DNA of 61,465 nucleotides from assembly GCA_938048815.1 (NCBI GenBank), contig CALIUI010000083.1, forward strand, positions 1 through 61,465, read 5' to 3'. Made by a program: the position numbers and the translations under genes. The DNA comes from an uncultured Aquificaceae bacterium (lineage in GTDB: Bacteria; Aquificota; Aquificia; Aquificales; Aquificaceae). How positions within the stretch are numbered: position 1 is the stretch's first letter; each line of letters opens with the position of its first letter. The notes beneath the pieces are model-generated. The model saw only the letters and a list, made by a program, of their open reading frames with translations. It searched no databases and was not told where the DNA came from. Below are positions 8,626 to 16,826 of this stretch, piece by piece.

Positions 8626-10632
8626 TTACTTTGAATAGGCTTCTTTGATCCTATATAGGGCTATTAATATTACGCAGGCTACCAAGGATACATAAAACAA
8701 AGCCATAAAGGCATTTACATAGTTATTAAAGATAACCCTTTGGGCTATCTCTACGCTTGGAATTGTGGGGGGTAGATTGCCAAGTTCTAAGGCTTGAAGA
8801 AGAAACTTTGCCTGAGATAAAAAGCCTATGGCCTTATCTGGATGGAACACCCTTTCCAAACCTGCGCTTATGGTGTTTACTGACAAAAAGAGAGCAGGAA
8901 TTGCCACAACCCAAAGATACTTAAACTTTCCGTTATTGGCAAGATACACCGTTGCTACCACTAAGGCTGTGGCAGCCAAAAGCTGGTTGGATATGCCAAA
9001 AAGGGGCCAAAGAGTCTTTATACCACCATAGGGGTCTATGACGCCCACGTATAAAAAGTAGCCCCACGCAAGTACTGTTATACCGCTTGTAAGAAGGTTT
9101 ATCCACAGATTTCTGTAATCCCTAAAGGCTGGTGATATTCCAGAGAGAAGGTCTTGGAGGATATACCTACCAACCCTTGTGCCTGTGTCTATGGTGGTAA
9201 GGATAAAAACCGCCTCAAAAAGTATGGCAAAATGATACCAAAAGGCAAGAAGGGCATCTCCCGTTATCCTTGTAAAGATAAGAGCCATACCTACGGCAAG
9301 AGCGGGAGCACCACCAGTCCTTGAAAGTATAGTAGGCTCTTCTATCTTTTTAGCTATCTCTTCTAAGTATTCGGGAGTTATGTAAAAGCCCCAGCTGGAT
9401 ATTTTACTGGCGGCTTCTTGTACCGTTTTACCAATCTCCGAAGCAGGGCTGTTTATGGCAAAGTAAAGACCGGGTTCCATAGAAACGGCGGCAATAAGAG
9501 CCATCATAGCAACAAAGGACTCTCCTAACATACCACCATAGCCCACAAGCCTCACATGACTTTCCTTATCAAGGAGTTTGGGGGAAGTGCCAGAGGATAT
9601 AAGGGCATGAAAACCAGAAACTGCACCACAGGCTATAGTGATAAATAGAAAGGGGAAAAGGTCGCCTTTCCATACGGGACCATAGCCCGTATAAGCAAAC
9701 TGGGTGATCGCCGGCATTTTTATCTCTGGGTTTACAAGGGCAACCGCCAAGGCTATAAGTATTACAGTACCAAGCTTTAAAAAGGTGCTAAGATAATCCC
9801 TTGGTGCAAGCAAAAGCCACACAGGCAGAACAGAAGCAAAGAAGCCATAAACCATAAGGGCTATGGCAAGATGAGCTTCGGAGAGGGTAAAAATCTTCCC
9901 AAGGACTTCCTTTTGGGCTATAAGCCTTCCCACGTAAAGGCTAAAAAGCAGGGCTATAGCGCCAAAAAGGAAAGAGTGTAGAACAGCCCCAGGCCTTATA
10001 CGCCACATATAAACACCCATAAGCATGGCTATGGGTATGGTCATAAAAACAGAAAAGGTAGCCCAAGGGCTTTGAGCCAAAGCCTTTATCACCACAAGCC
10101 CAAGCACCGCAAGAAGGATTATCAGAATACTGTATATAACCAAAAGGGTTATAAAGCCTCCCACCTTCCCAAGTTCTTCCTTTGCTATTTGTCCTAAGCT
10201 TTTTCCATCTTTCCTCATGGAGATGGTAAGGATCACCATATCCTGCACTGCACCCGCCAAAAGGACTCCCAAGAGTATCCAAAGGGTTCCAGGTAGATAA
10301 CCCATTTGGGCTGCAAGTACAGGTCCTATCAGCGGACCAGCGCCAGAAATGGAGGCAAAGTGATGGCCAAAGAGGACCCATTTGTTGGTAGGTACATAGT
10401 CAAGCCCGTTGTATAACCTATGGGCAGGCGTTGGGTTATTGTCGTTAATTTCAAAGACCTTGTAGGCTATAAAGTAAGAATAATACCTATAACCTATAAA
10501 GTATATGCAAAAAGTGGCTACCAAAAGCCATACAACACCTATGGACTCGCCCCTTGAAAGGGCAAGCACACCAAAAGCAATGGCACCTACTATAGAAACT
10601 ACTATCAGTATAAGCCTATCCTTCCATTTCAT
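8626..10632 (-). CDS. cstA: Carbon starvation protein A (peptide/pyruvate transporter)
   Basis: TPAH, FGHHFASISGAGP, WLLLAPRDYLS and ITIACGAVSGFH motifs. Confidence 0.95.
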   Translation of the reverse strand: MKWKDRLILIVVSIVGAIAFGVLALSRGESIGVVWLLVATFCIYFIGYRYYSYFIAYKVFEINDNNPTPAHRLYNGLDYVPTNKWVLFGHHFASISGAGPLIGPVLAAQMGYLPGTLWILLGVLLAGAVQDMVILTISMRKDGKSLGQIAKEELGKVGGFITLLVIYSILIILLAVLGLVVIKALAQSPWATFSVFMTIPIAMLMGVYMWRIRPGAVLHSFLFGAIALLFSLYVGRLIAQKEVLGKIFTLSEAHLAIALMVYGFFASVLPVWLLLAPRDYLSTFLKLGTVILIALAVALVNPEIKMPAITQFAYTGYGPVWKGDLFPFLFITIACGAVSGFHALISSGTSPKLLDKESHVRLVGYGGMLGESFVAMMALIAAVSMEPGLYFAINSPASEIGKTVQEAASKISSWGFYITPEYLEEIAKKIEEPTILSRTGGAPALAVGMALIFTRITGDALLAFWYHFAILFEAVFILTTIDTGTRVGRYILQDLLSGISPAFRDYRNLWINLLTSGITVLAWGYFLYVGVIDPYGGIKTLWPLFGISNQLLAATALVVATVYLANNGKFKYLWVVAIPALFLSVNTISAGLERVFHPDKAIGFLSQAKFLLQALELGNLPPTIPSVEIAQRVIFNNYVNAFMALFYVSLVACVILIALYRIKEAYSK

Positions 10633-11333
10633 TTAAGGTGTTTATTGAAGAAAGCTATGGTTTTCTCCCAAACGTCGTTGGCATACTCCTCGTGGTAAAC
10701 CTCTGGTCTTGTATCGTTAAAAAAGGCATGGTCTACACCGGAATAGATGATAAATTGGGCGTTAAGGTTCTCTTTATTGCATTCCTCTATAGCTTTTACT
10801 ACTTCCGATAGAGGTATAAAGGCATCCTTGCCTGCATGGATGGCAAGCACGGGAGCTTTTATCTTGGAAAAATCTATAGGCACTATGCTATAAAGCCCAT
10901 AGTAGGGCACTAAAGCCTTAAAATCATCAGCAAACTTTGCTCCAAAGTACCATGTGCATGTTCCACCGCAACAAAAGCCAGTTGCACCAAGCATAAACTC
11001 TCCGATTCTTGCCACATACCCCATATCTTGTTCTTTGAAATATTCAATGGCAGCTTTTACCATGGCTTCTGCTTCCGAAAATCTGTTTTGGAATAGGTCT
11101 TGCATAAGCCTTCCTGCATTTTCTGGGTCTTTTGCCCTTTGTCCCTTGTACAGGTCAATACCAAAGGCATAAAAGCCTTCCTTTGCGTATCTGTCGCATA
11201 CATCCTTTATATGATCTACAAGCCCCCACCACTCGTGGAACACCAAAACCATAGGTCCCTTGCCAAACTCTGGCTCCGCCAAATACCCAGAGACTTCCAC
11301 ACCATCCTTTGAAAAGCTAACCATCCTACCCAT
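10629..11333 (-). CDS. Dienelactone hydrolase family protein
   Basis: HEWWG, GFCCGG nucleophile elbow, HAFFND. Confidence 0.92.
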   Translation of the reverse strand: MGRMVSFSKDGVEVSGYLAEPEFGKGPMVLVFHEWWGLVDHIKDVCDRYAKEGFYAFGIDLYKGQRAKDPENAGRLMQDLFQNRFSEAEAMVKAAIEYFKEQDMGYVARIGEFMLGATGFCCGGTCTWYFGAKFADDFKALVPYYGLYSIVPIDFSKIKAPVLAIHAGKDAFIPLSEVVKAIEECNKENLNAQFIIYSGVDHAFFNDTRPEVYHEEYANDVWEKTIAFFNKHLK

Positions 11334-11427
11334 GGTTCAATCCTCCTTTTATAGATTCTATGCCTAAATTATATCCTAAAGCATGCATTTTGTGGATTTT
11401 TTGGATAAAGTTTATTAACCGCAAAAG

Positions 11428-12003
11428 GTGAAAAAGGGCTCTCTTATTTTTTCGGAGGGTGGTTTGTGTTCTGTAGTCCCCTTCTTAAAGGAGGGACAAC
11501 TGAAGGTCTATCTTATCTCAGAGTCAGGTAGGGAGCTCACCCTTTATAGGGTTCTCCCGGGACAGATGTGCCTTCTTGCTATGCTCACTGCCTATTCTAA
11601 AAGTGAGTACCCTGCCTATACGAGGGCTGAAGAGGATTCTTGCCTCTACATGGTTCCAGCGGAGATGGCAATAAAATGGTTTGAAGAAAAACACTGGTGG
11701 CGTTCTCTTTTTATGAGGGTACTATCGGAGAATCTCCTCACTCTTATGCTTACCATCAATTCAATGGTGTCGGAAAGTGTAAAGGAGAGAATAGTAAAGT
11801 ATCTCCTATCCAACTACAAAGATGGCTATCTTATAGAAAAGACCAATGAGGATATAGCAAAGGATGTTGGAAGTGTAAGGGTGGTAGTCAGTAGGGTTTT
11901 GAAGGAGCTTGAGAAGGAAGGCTTTATTAGCCTTTGTAGAGGAAAGCTGTTTATAAAGGATTATGAGAGTTTAAAAAGGCGGGTGGAGGATACCCGCCCA
12001 TAA
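11428..12003 (+). CDS. Crp/Fnr family transcriptional regulator (possibly N-terminally damaged)
   Basis: cNMP-type domain (SESGRELTLY) plus HTH (TNEDIAKDVGSVRVVVSRVLK); upstream in-frame ATG at 11383 is separated by TAA at 11416. Confidence 0.8.
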   Translation: MKKGSLIFSEGGLCSVVPFLKEGQLKVYLISESGRELTLYRVLPGQMCLLAMLTAYSKSEYPAYTRAEEDSCLYMVPAEMAIKWFEEKHWWRSLFMRVLSENLLTLMLTINSMVSESVKERIVKYLLSNYKDGYLIEKTNEDIAKDVGSVRVVVSRVLKELEKEGFISLCRGKLFIKDYESLKRRVEDTRP

Positions 12004-12004
12004 T

Positions 12005-12475
12005 TCACTTAGTCCATACGGAAAAGACAAAGTCTTTGTTCTTTACCTGGGAGTGGCAAGCATGACAATCCTTTGCCATATCTTTAACCAAGTTGTTCCC
12101 ATTTCCATCGTAGGCAAAGTAGCCCCAGCCATTGGTTTCCTTATATTTTCTGTCCTTTACCATAAAGGCTTCTATTCTCTTTGCTCCCTCAACATAGGCG
12201 CCATTATCATGCACGTGTTCATAGAAAACTATAGCTATAACGGTACCATTAGGAAATTCCCTCTCACCATCCCTTTTTATCGCTTCCAATCCCTTGTTGT
12301 TTACGTAAACATGGTGAACGCCATTAAAGGGGTTAAAGAGAGGGTGTTTTTGGTCAAAGATGACCATGCTTTTTACATGGTTCCAGCCCCTGTACTTTTC
12401 AGGAGCTACTTTAAAGGCTTCTGCCAAAGCAAGGGTAAAACCTGCCATTAGGCCAAAGGCTAAAAGCTTCCTCAT
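12005..12475 (-). CDS. Cytochrome P460 / cytochrome c'-beta family protein
   Basis: Signal peptide, HHVYVN, FPNGTV, MVKD, GWGY, C-terminal CHACH and DFVF; start moved to MRKLL. Confidence 0.85.
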   Translation of the reverse strand: MRKLLAFGLMAGFTLALAEAFKVAPEKYRGWNHVKSMVIFDQKHPLFNPFNGVHHVYVNNKGLEAIKRDGEREFPNGTVIAIVFYEHVHDNGAYVEGAKRIEAFMVKDRKYKETNGWGYFAYDGNGNNLVKDMAKDCHACHSQVKNKDFVFSVWTK

Positions 12476-12478
12476 GAC

Positions 12479-12791
12479 AGGGTGTTTCAAAAATAGCCCT
12501 TTCATAGGCTATCGCCCCCACCCCCTGAAGCAGGAGCTCGCGCCCATATAGGGTCTCCCCACAAGCCCCGAGTGCTTTATCGCCTCGGGACAGAGGGCAA
12601 AAAGCCCTCAGGAGAGAGCGCAGTCAGCGCCACTACTCCAAGAACTTCTTTTTGACAGGCTAAAAGCCTGCCCGAGCCCACTTGTTCCATCCAGAGGTGG
12701 GTCTCGCTCACTCTTGGAGCTTTACTTAATAATTATATACTTAGCAGGGGTTTCGTCAATGATTTTGCTATTAGGATTTTTGAAACAGCCT
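12479..12791 (-). mobile_element. Family C element with both TIRs, carrying the tnpB 3' region
   Basis: AGGGTGTTTCAAAAA...TTTTTGAAACAGCCT; interior shares blocks with 47948-48090. Confidence 0.8.
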
Positions 12792-12932
12792 CTATTACAG
12801 GCTAACAAAGAGGGAAGCGGACAAGCTTCATCTTTAATGCTAATTCTTGGTCTTCTTCTTATGTTTTTACAGGGCTATCTTGGAGGAAGCATAGTTTATG
12901 AACACATGGTAAAGCCTTGGCTTGGTTATTAG
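12792..12932 (+). pseudogene. C-terminal remnant of a membrane protein (DUF2231-like); 5' part lost at the element junction
   Basis: LMFLQGYLGGSIVYEH resembles DUF2231 C-termini; the ORF start at 12714 lies inside the repeat. Confidence 0.55.
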
Positions 12933-12949
12933 CATATGCCCAAAAAATA

Positions 12950-13019
12950 TTTGCACACCCTACAAAAAACCGTCGTGCGGTTCGTGAACCGCCCCTAAAA
13001 AGATAATTTCTCACCAAAC
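12950..13019. repeat. Family A partial copy
   Basis: GCGGTTCGTGAACCGCCCCTA palindrome followed by ATTTCTCACCAAAC end abutting the aroE stop. Confidence 0.7.
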
Positions 13020-13841
13020 TTATTCAGAAAGATTATAATATCCAGCCACCGCATCTTTTACAACATCATAGGGCACTTCAAAGCCTGTCCATATTTTGAA
13101 ACTTTCCATGCCTTGGTATAAAAGCATATCAAGACCACTTATAAGGATACAACCCTTTTCCTTAGAAGCCCTCACAAGGGGCGTTTCCTTGTAGATGATA
13201 TCCATAACCTTATGCTTGGCTTCCAAAAGCCCATAGTCAAAGAGGGGAGAATCTTCTTCCTTTAAGCCGGAGGAGGTGGTGTTTACAATAAGCTCTACAT
13301 CTTTTATTATCTCCTCTGGAGCTTTGACTACTTTGCAAGGAAAAATTTCACACAGCTTGTAGGCTTTTTCTATGGTTCTATTCCAAAGATAAATCTTCGC
13401 ACCTTCCCTCCGTAGGGCGTACAAGATAGCCCTTGAGGAGCCGCCGGCGCCCAAAACTAAGGCTTTAACCTCCCTCAAATGGGGCAGTACCTTCTTAATA
13501 GCCTTCAAAAAGCCTATCCAGTCGGTGTTGTAGGCATAAACACCTTCGGGTGTAAACTTTAAGGTGTTGGCAGAGCCTATGGCTTTTGCATGAGGATCCG
13601 CAAAGTGGGAAAGCTCAAGGGCTTTTTCCTTATAAGGAAGGGTTATATTTACGCCCTTTACTCCCAAAGCCCACAAACCATAAAAGGCTTTTTCAAAGTT
13701 TTCGGGCTTTACTTCAAAGGGTACATAAACCGCTTTTAGGGAAAAGTGCTCAAAGGCTTTGTTTTGGAATAGGGGCGACAAAGAATGTTTTATGGGATAG
13801 CCTACAACTCCATAGACTTCTGTGTATCCATCAAGGATCAT
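13020..13841 (-). CDS. aroE: Shikimate dehydrogenase
   Basis: HSLSP, NITLPYK, NTDWIG, GAGG, NRT and GLDML motifs; start MILDG overlaps the upstream stop (ATGA). Confidence 0.95.
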   Translation of the reverse strand: MILDGYTEVYGVVGYPIKHSLSPLFQNKAFEHFSLKAVYVPFEVKPENFEKAFYGLWALGVKGVNITLPYKEKALELSHFADPHAKAIGSANTLKFTPEGVYAYNTDWIGFLKAIKKVLPHLREVKALVLGAGGSSRAILYALRREGAKIYLWNRTIEKAYKLCEIFPCKVVKAPEEIIKDVELIVNTTSSGLKEEDSPLFDYGLLEAKHKVMDIIYKETPLVRASKEKGCILISGLDMLLYQGMESFKIWTGFEVPYDVVKDAVAGYYNLSE

Positions 13842-14089
13842 CCTATCTGATACTTGGGCTGCAAAATCTCTACCCTTTTTACCCAGCTTAAATTTCCTTT
13901 GATTGCCATATCTACTACGTTCTTTACACTTACGTCCGCTATGGGGCATTCACCGCAACCACCCTCAAACTGGAGATAAACCTCTCCCTCCTTTATATCC
14001 AATATTTTTAAGTCTCCATGATGTTCCCTTAAGGCTGGTCTTATCTTTTCAAGGATAGCTTCTACTTCTTTAAGTTCCCTTTCTTCCAT
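13838..14089 (-). CDS. NifU/Nfu C-terminal-domain Fe-S carrier
   Basis: IRPALREHHGD..GGCGECP (CxxC). Confidence 0.9.
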   Translation of the reverse strand: MEERELKEVEAILEKIRPALREHHGDLKILDIKEGEVYLQFEGGCGECPIADVSVKNVVDMAIKGNLSWVKRVEILQPKYQIG

Positions 14090-14091
14090 GT

Positions 14092-14325
14092 TTATACCTC
14101 CGAGTATAAATTTTGTATCTCCTGCCAGAGCTTTTCCTGATCTTTCTCATCCAAATCCATAAGCCTGCAAAAACCCCTTATGGTTAGCTTATCCACCACC
14201 ACCACATCCTCTATATCTTCTTCCAGTAGCTTTTTGTATCCGTACTTCATAAGTATCTCCCTTACTTGAGGAAGTATCTCATAAAGGTCTGTAAGCTTTG
14301 TATCAAGAGTGATCCTTTCCTTCAT
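14092..14325 (-). CDS. Small DUF1858-like protein
   Basis: ITLDTKLTDL..LPQVREILMKYG pattern; in operon. Confidence 0.6.
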   Translation of the reverse strand: MKERITLDTKLTDLYEILPQVREILMKYGYKKLLEEDIEDVVVVDKLTIRGFCRLMDLDEKDQEKLWQEIQNLYSEV

Positions 14326-14573
14326 AGCTCTTTTACCTTTTTTACAAAAAGATGGTATTCACCCTCTTCTTCATACAAGCCAAGGAACTCTTGACCTGTT
14401 GCTTTACACCAGGCGGGAATATCCTCTACCACGCCAGGGTCGTCCGCTATCAGCTCAAGCACTTGCCCAATGCTCATGCCTTTCATAACCCTTGCCGTTT
14501 CCGATATGGGTATGGGACAAAAGGTTCCTACCACATCATGCACCACATCAGCCCTTATATCTTTAAGCTCCAT
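14322..14573 (-). CDS. tusA: TusA/SirA family sulfur carrier
   Basis: DVVGTFCPIP and DDPG..EDIPAWC motifs. Confidence 0.9.
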   Translation of the reverse strand: MELKDIRADVVHDVVGTFCPIPISETARVMKGMSIGQVLELIADDPGVVEDIPAWCKATGQEFLGLYEEEGEYHLFVKKVKEL

Positions 14574-15612
14574 ACTTTACACCCCTTTCTGGAACTATTT
14601 TAAAACCCTCTATTGTTTCATCCCTTAAAGGCTCTGCCCAAATAAAACTTTCTTCACCATCAATACCTATAAATACCTCACAGGGCTCCCTTTTGGAATA
14701 CCTGCTTACAATGCCCGCTATAAGCTCTAATTCTTCCTTTGTGGGCTTACCCTTTATAAGGGCAAAGGTGCCCTTTCCATCTCTTCTATAGGCATAGCCA
14801 TACCTGTTTTTAAAACCTTTGAGAAAATTCACTTCCCCCTCATTCCTTGCCACTATCAACTTGGTATTGGAAAGGGGCAACCTAAAATGGCGGCCTACCG
14901 CAAAAAGCATCAGGTCATCCCTGCTTATAACACCTTCTTTGCTTAAAGCTTCCTTGAACCTAAGGGCGTAGTTTTCGTCTGTAAGGTAGCAACAACCTCC
15001 CGCTGGCTGCTCGTATTCTAACCTATACTTCTGCGCCAAAGCTATCTGCACTTTCCTACTTCTTCCGTATATACCCAAAAGTTTTTCCCTGTCTATCCAT
15101 TTTAGCTTTTCTGGTATAGTTGGAGGAAGAAGCTTGGCAGAAAGGGGCCTAACTACATAGCCTTCTAAGCCCGCTTCTCTTTCTATAAGCATAAGCCTTT
15201 CAAAGGTTTGGCTCATGGGCCTTTGCCCCAAAACTTCACCGGTTATAACAAAAGGGTAGCCTTCCCTTTCCATTATCTCCTTCGCTTTCTGAAGCATAAA
15301 TATCCTACAATCTACACAAGGATTTACATTCTTCCCATAGCCGTACTTGGGATTTAAGATTATGTCAAAATACTCCTTGGATATATCTATTATCTCTATA
15401 GGTATCTCAAGATGGGCTGTTGCCCTTAAGGCTGGGTTGACATAAGGCGATCCGTCTTCTCTCTTCAATCCAAGGCGTCTTTTATGCTCGGTTATACAAA
15501 AGCCCGTGTAAAAGTGTAAAGCCTTAACCTCCATGCCCTGGTCCTGAAGGAGGCGGACCGCTAAGGAACTATCAAGCCCTCCTGATAAAAGAGCAACAGC
15601 CCTAAGCCTCAT
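14563..15612 (-). CDS. PP-loop tRNA thiolation enzyme (ThiI/MnmA-like, DUF814-type C-terminus)
   Basis: SGGLDS PP-loop, NPCVDC, GEVLGQRPMSQ, PAGGCC, GRHFR. Confidence 0.82.
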   Translation of the reverse strand: MRLRAVALLSGGLDSSLAVRLLQDQGMEVKALHFYTGFCITEHKRRLGLKREDGSPYVNPALRATAHLEIPIEIIDISKEYFDIILNPKYGYGKNVNPCVDCRIFMLQKAKEIMEREGYPFVITGEVLGQRPMSQTFERLMLIEREAGLEGYVVRPLSAKLLPPTIPEKLKWIDREKLLGIYGRSRKVQIALAQKYRLEYEQPAGGCCYLTDENYALRFKEALSKEGVISRDDLMLFAVGRHFRLPLSNTKLIVARNEGEVNFLKGFKNRYGYAYRRDGKGTFALIKGKPTKEELELIAGIVSRYSKREPCEVFIGIDGEESFIWAEPLRDETIEGFKIVPERGVKYGA

Positions 15613-16070
15613 GTGGAAAGGAACTCAAACTCTTTGCTTTCTTCTTTCTCTTCTTCGTAGCAATCGGGTATGCGCATAGCCTCTTCTATTCTTCCTTGCT
15701 TTAGGAGATAGTCCTTTATGGCCACATGTAGGGTTTCAAGTCCAAGGTTCGTGCAGTGAATCTTTTGAGGAGGAAGGCCACCAAGCTCGTCAAAGATATC
15801 CTTGTAGGTAAGGTTCAAGGCATAGCTTATGGGTTTTCCCTTTATCATCTCTGTAAGCTGGGAGGATACGGCAATAGCAGAACCACAGCCAAAAGTTTTG
15901 AACCTCACATCCTCTATTATATCCCCTTCGGGGTTTATTTTAAGGGTAAAAAGCATAGCATCCCCACATGCAGGGTTGCCACACTGCCCCACGGCGTTAG
16001 CATCCTCCAAAACACCCACATTCCTTGGGTTCAAAAAGTGGTCAAGTACCTTTTCACTGTATTCAAACAT
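15609..16070 (-). CDS. iscU: Fe-S cluster scaffold IscU
   Basis: YSEKVLDHF.NPRN, GNPACGD, FGCGSAIA and LPPQKIHC; SD GGAGG before MFEY. Confidence 0.95.
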   Translation of the reverse strand: MFEYSEKVLDHFLNPRNVGVLEDANAVGQCGNPACGDAMLFTLKINPEGDIIEDVRFKTFGCGSAIAVSSQLTEMIKGKPISYALNLTYKDIFDELGGLPPQKIHCTNLGLETLHVAIKDYLLKQGRIEEAMRIPDCYEEEKEESKEFEFLST

Positions 16071-16164
16071 CTTAGCACCTCCTATAAGTGATAGGTATAT
16101 TATGTTGATTTTTTGGAAGTTTGCTATGAGCTTTATCAAAGATTTGCATTACATAAAGTTCTCC

Positions 16165-16503
16165 AGGTTGTTTCAAAAATAGCTCCTTTCACAGGACCAC
16201 CGATCCCACCCCCTGTAGCAGGAGCTAATGCCCACATTGAGTCTCCCCACATGCCCAGAAAGAGTCTTTCTTTAAGGTTAGCCTTTAACTTCTTTAGCAG
16301 GTCTTTATAAGCTTTTGGCATTCTTTCCTTTAGCCCTAAGCCTCTTCTTGCTATTACGTAGGCACTTGCTATGTCCTTTGTTAGCATATATTGTGGTGCA
16401 TACTTTAATATGCATATGGTAGATGTGAGAGATGGATTTATCCCTATAACTTGTATGCCAGTTCTTCTTGCTAATAGTTTTATTTTTTCCAATATCCTTT
16501 TAT
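16165..16503 (-). mobile_element. Family C element: tnpB-related gene 3' remnant ending in a TIR
   Basis: LEKIKLLARRTGIQVIGINPSLTS..LKYAPQY.LTKDIASAYVIARRGLG (RuvC-III region of TnpB-related proteins); TIR AGGTTGTTTCAAAAA at 16165. Confidence 0.85.
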
Positions 16504-16808
16504 ACGCCGAGCGAGAAATCCTCTTTCATCGGTAGCGCAGGCATCCCTGCCTGCGGCAAAAGACAGGCTGGAAGCCTAAAATACCTGGATTTTAAATTTT
16601 TTTGTGGCGGGGGTTTTGGTGAATAAATCCGTAAAAGGAACTTTGAGAGAACCCTTGATATTCTTATCTAAGAAGCCAATCGACAAGTCTATGAACCGAA
16701 AAAATTTACCTTCTTTAAGTTATTGGGCGTGGTCATTTTTGAGAATTTACGCACCAACGCCATATAGGGATTACATACGCCCCTACAAAGGGATCTTTCA
16801 ACTGGCGT
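16504..16808. repeat. Family A MITE interrupted by a family B insertion
   Basis: Ends ACGCCGAGCGAGAAAT and CTTTCAACTGGCGT; A sequence resumes (CGCCCCTACAAAGGGAT) after B. Confidence 0.78.
16612..16761. mobile_element. Family B MITE, complete 150 bp
   Basis: Imperfect TIRs GGTTTTGGTGAATAAAT / ATTTACGCACCAACGCC; paralog at 1-141. Confidence 0.82.
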
Positions 16809-16826
16809 TATAATAGATATTTAACC

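Noticed and set aside
12714-12932. 72-aa membrane protein as a real intact gene
   Set aside because: Chimeric: the first 26 codons come from the family C element end.
16136-16492. ORFs 16136-16492 and 47940-48200 as functional TnpB proteins
   Set aside because: Only C-terminal fragments with deletions; they read through the TIR into unrelated sequence.
16604-16813. Small ORFs inside repeats (16604-16813, 7150-7335)
   Set aside because: They lie within MITE sequence and are not conserved as ORFs between copies.
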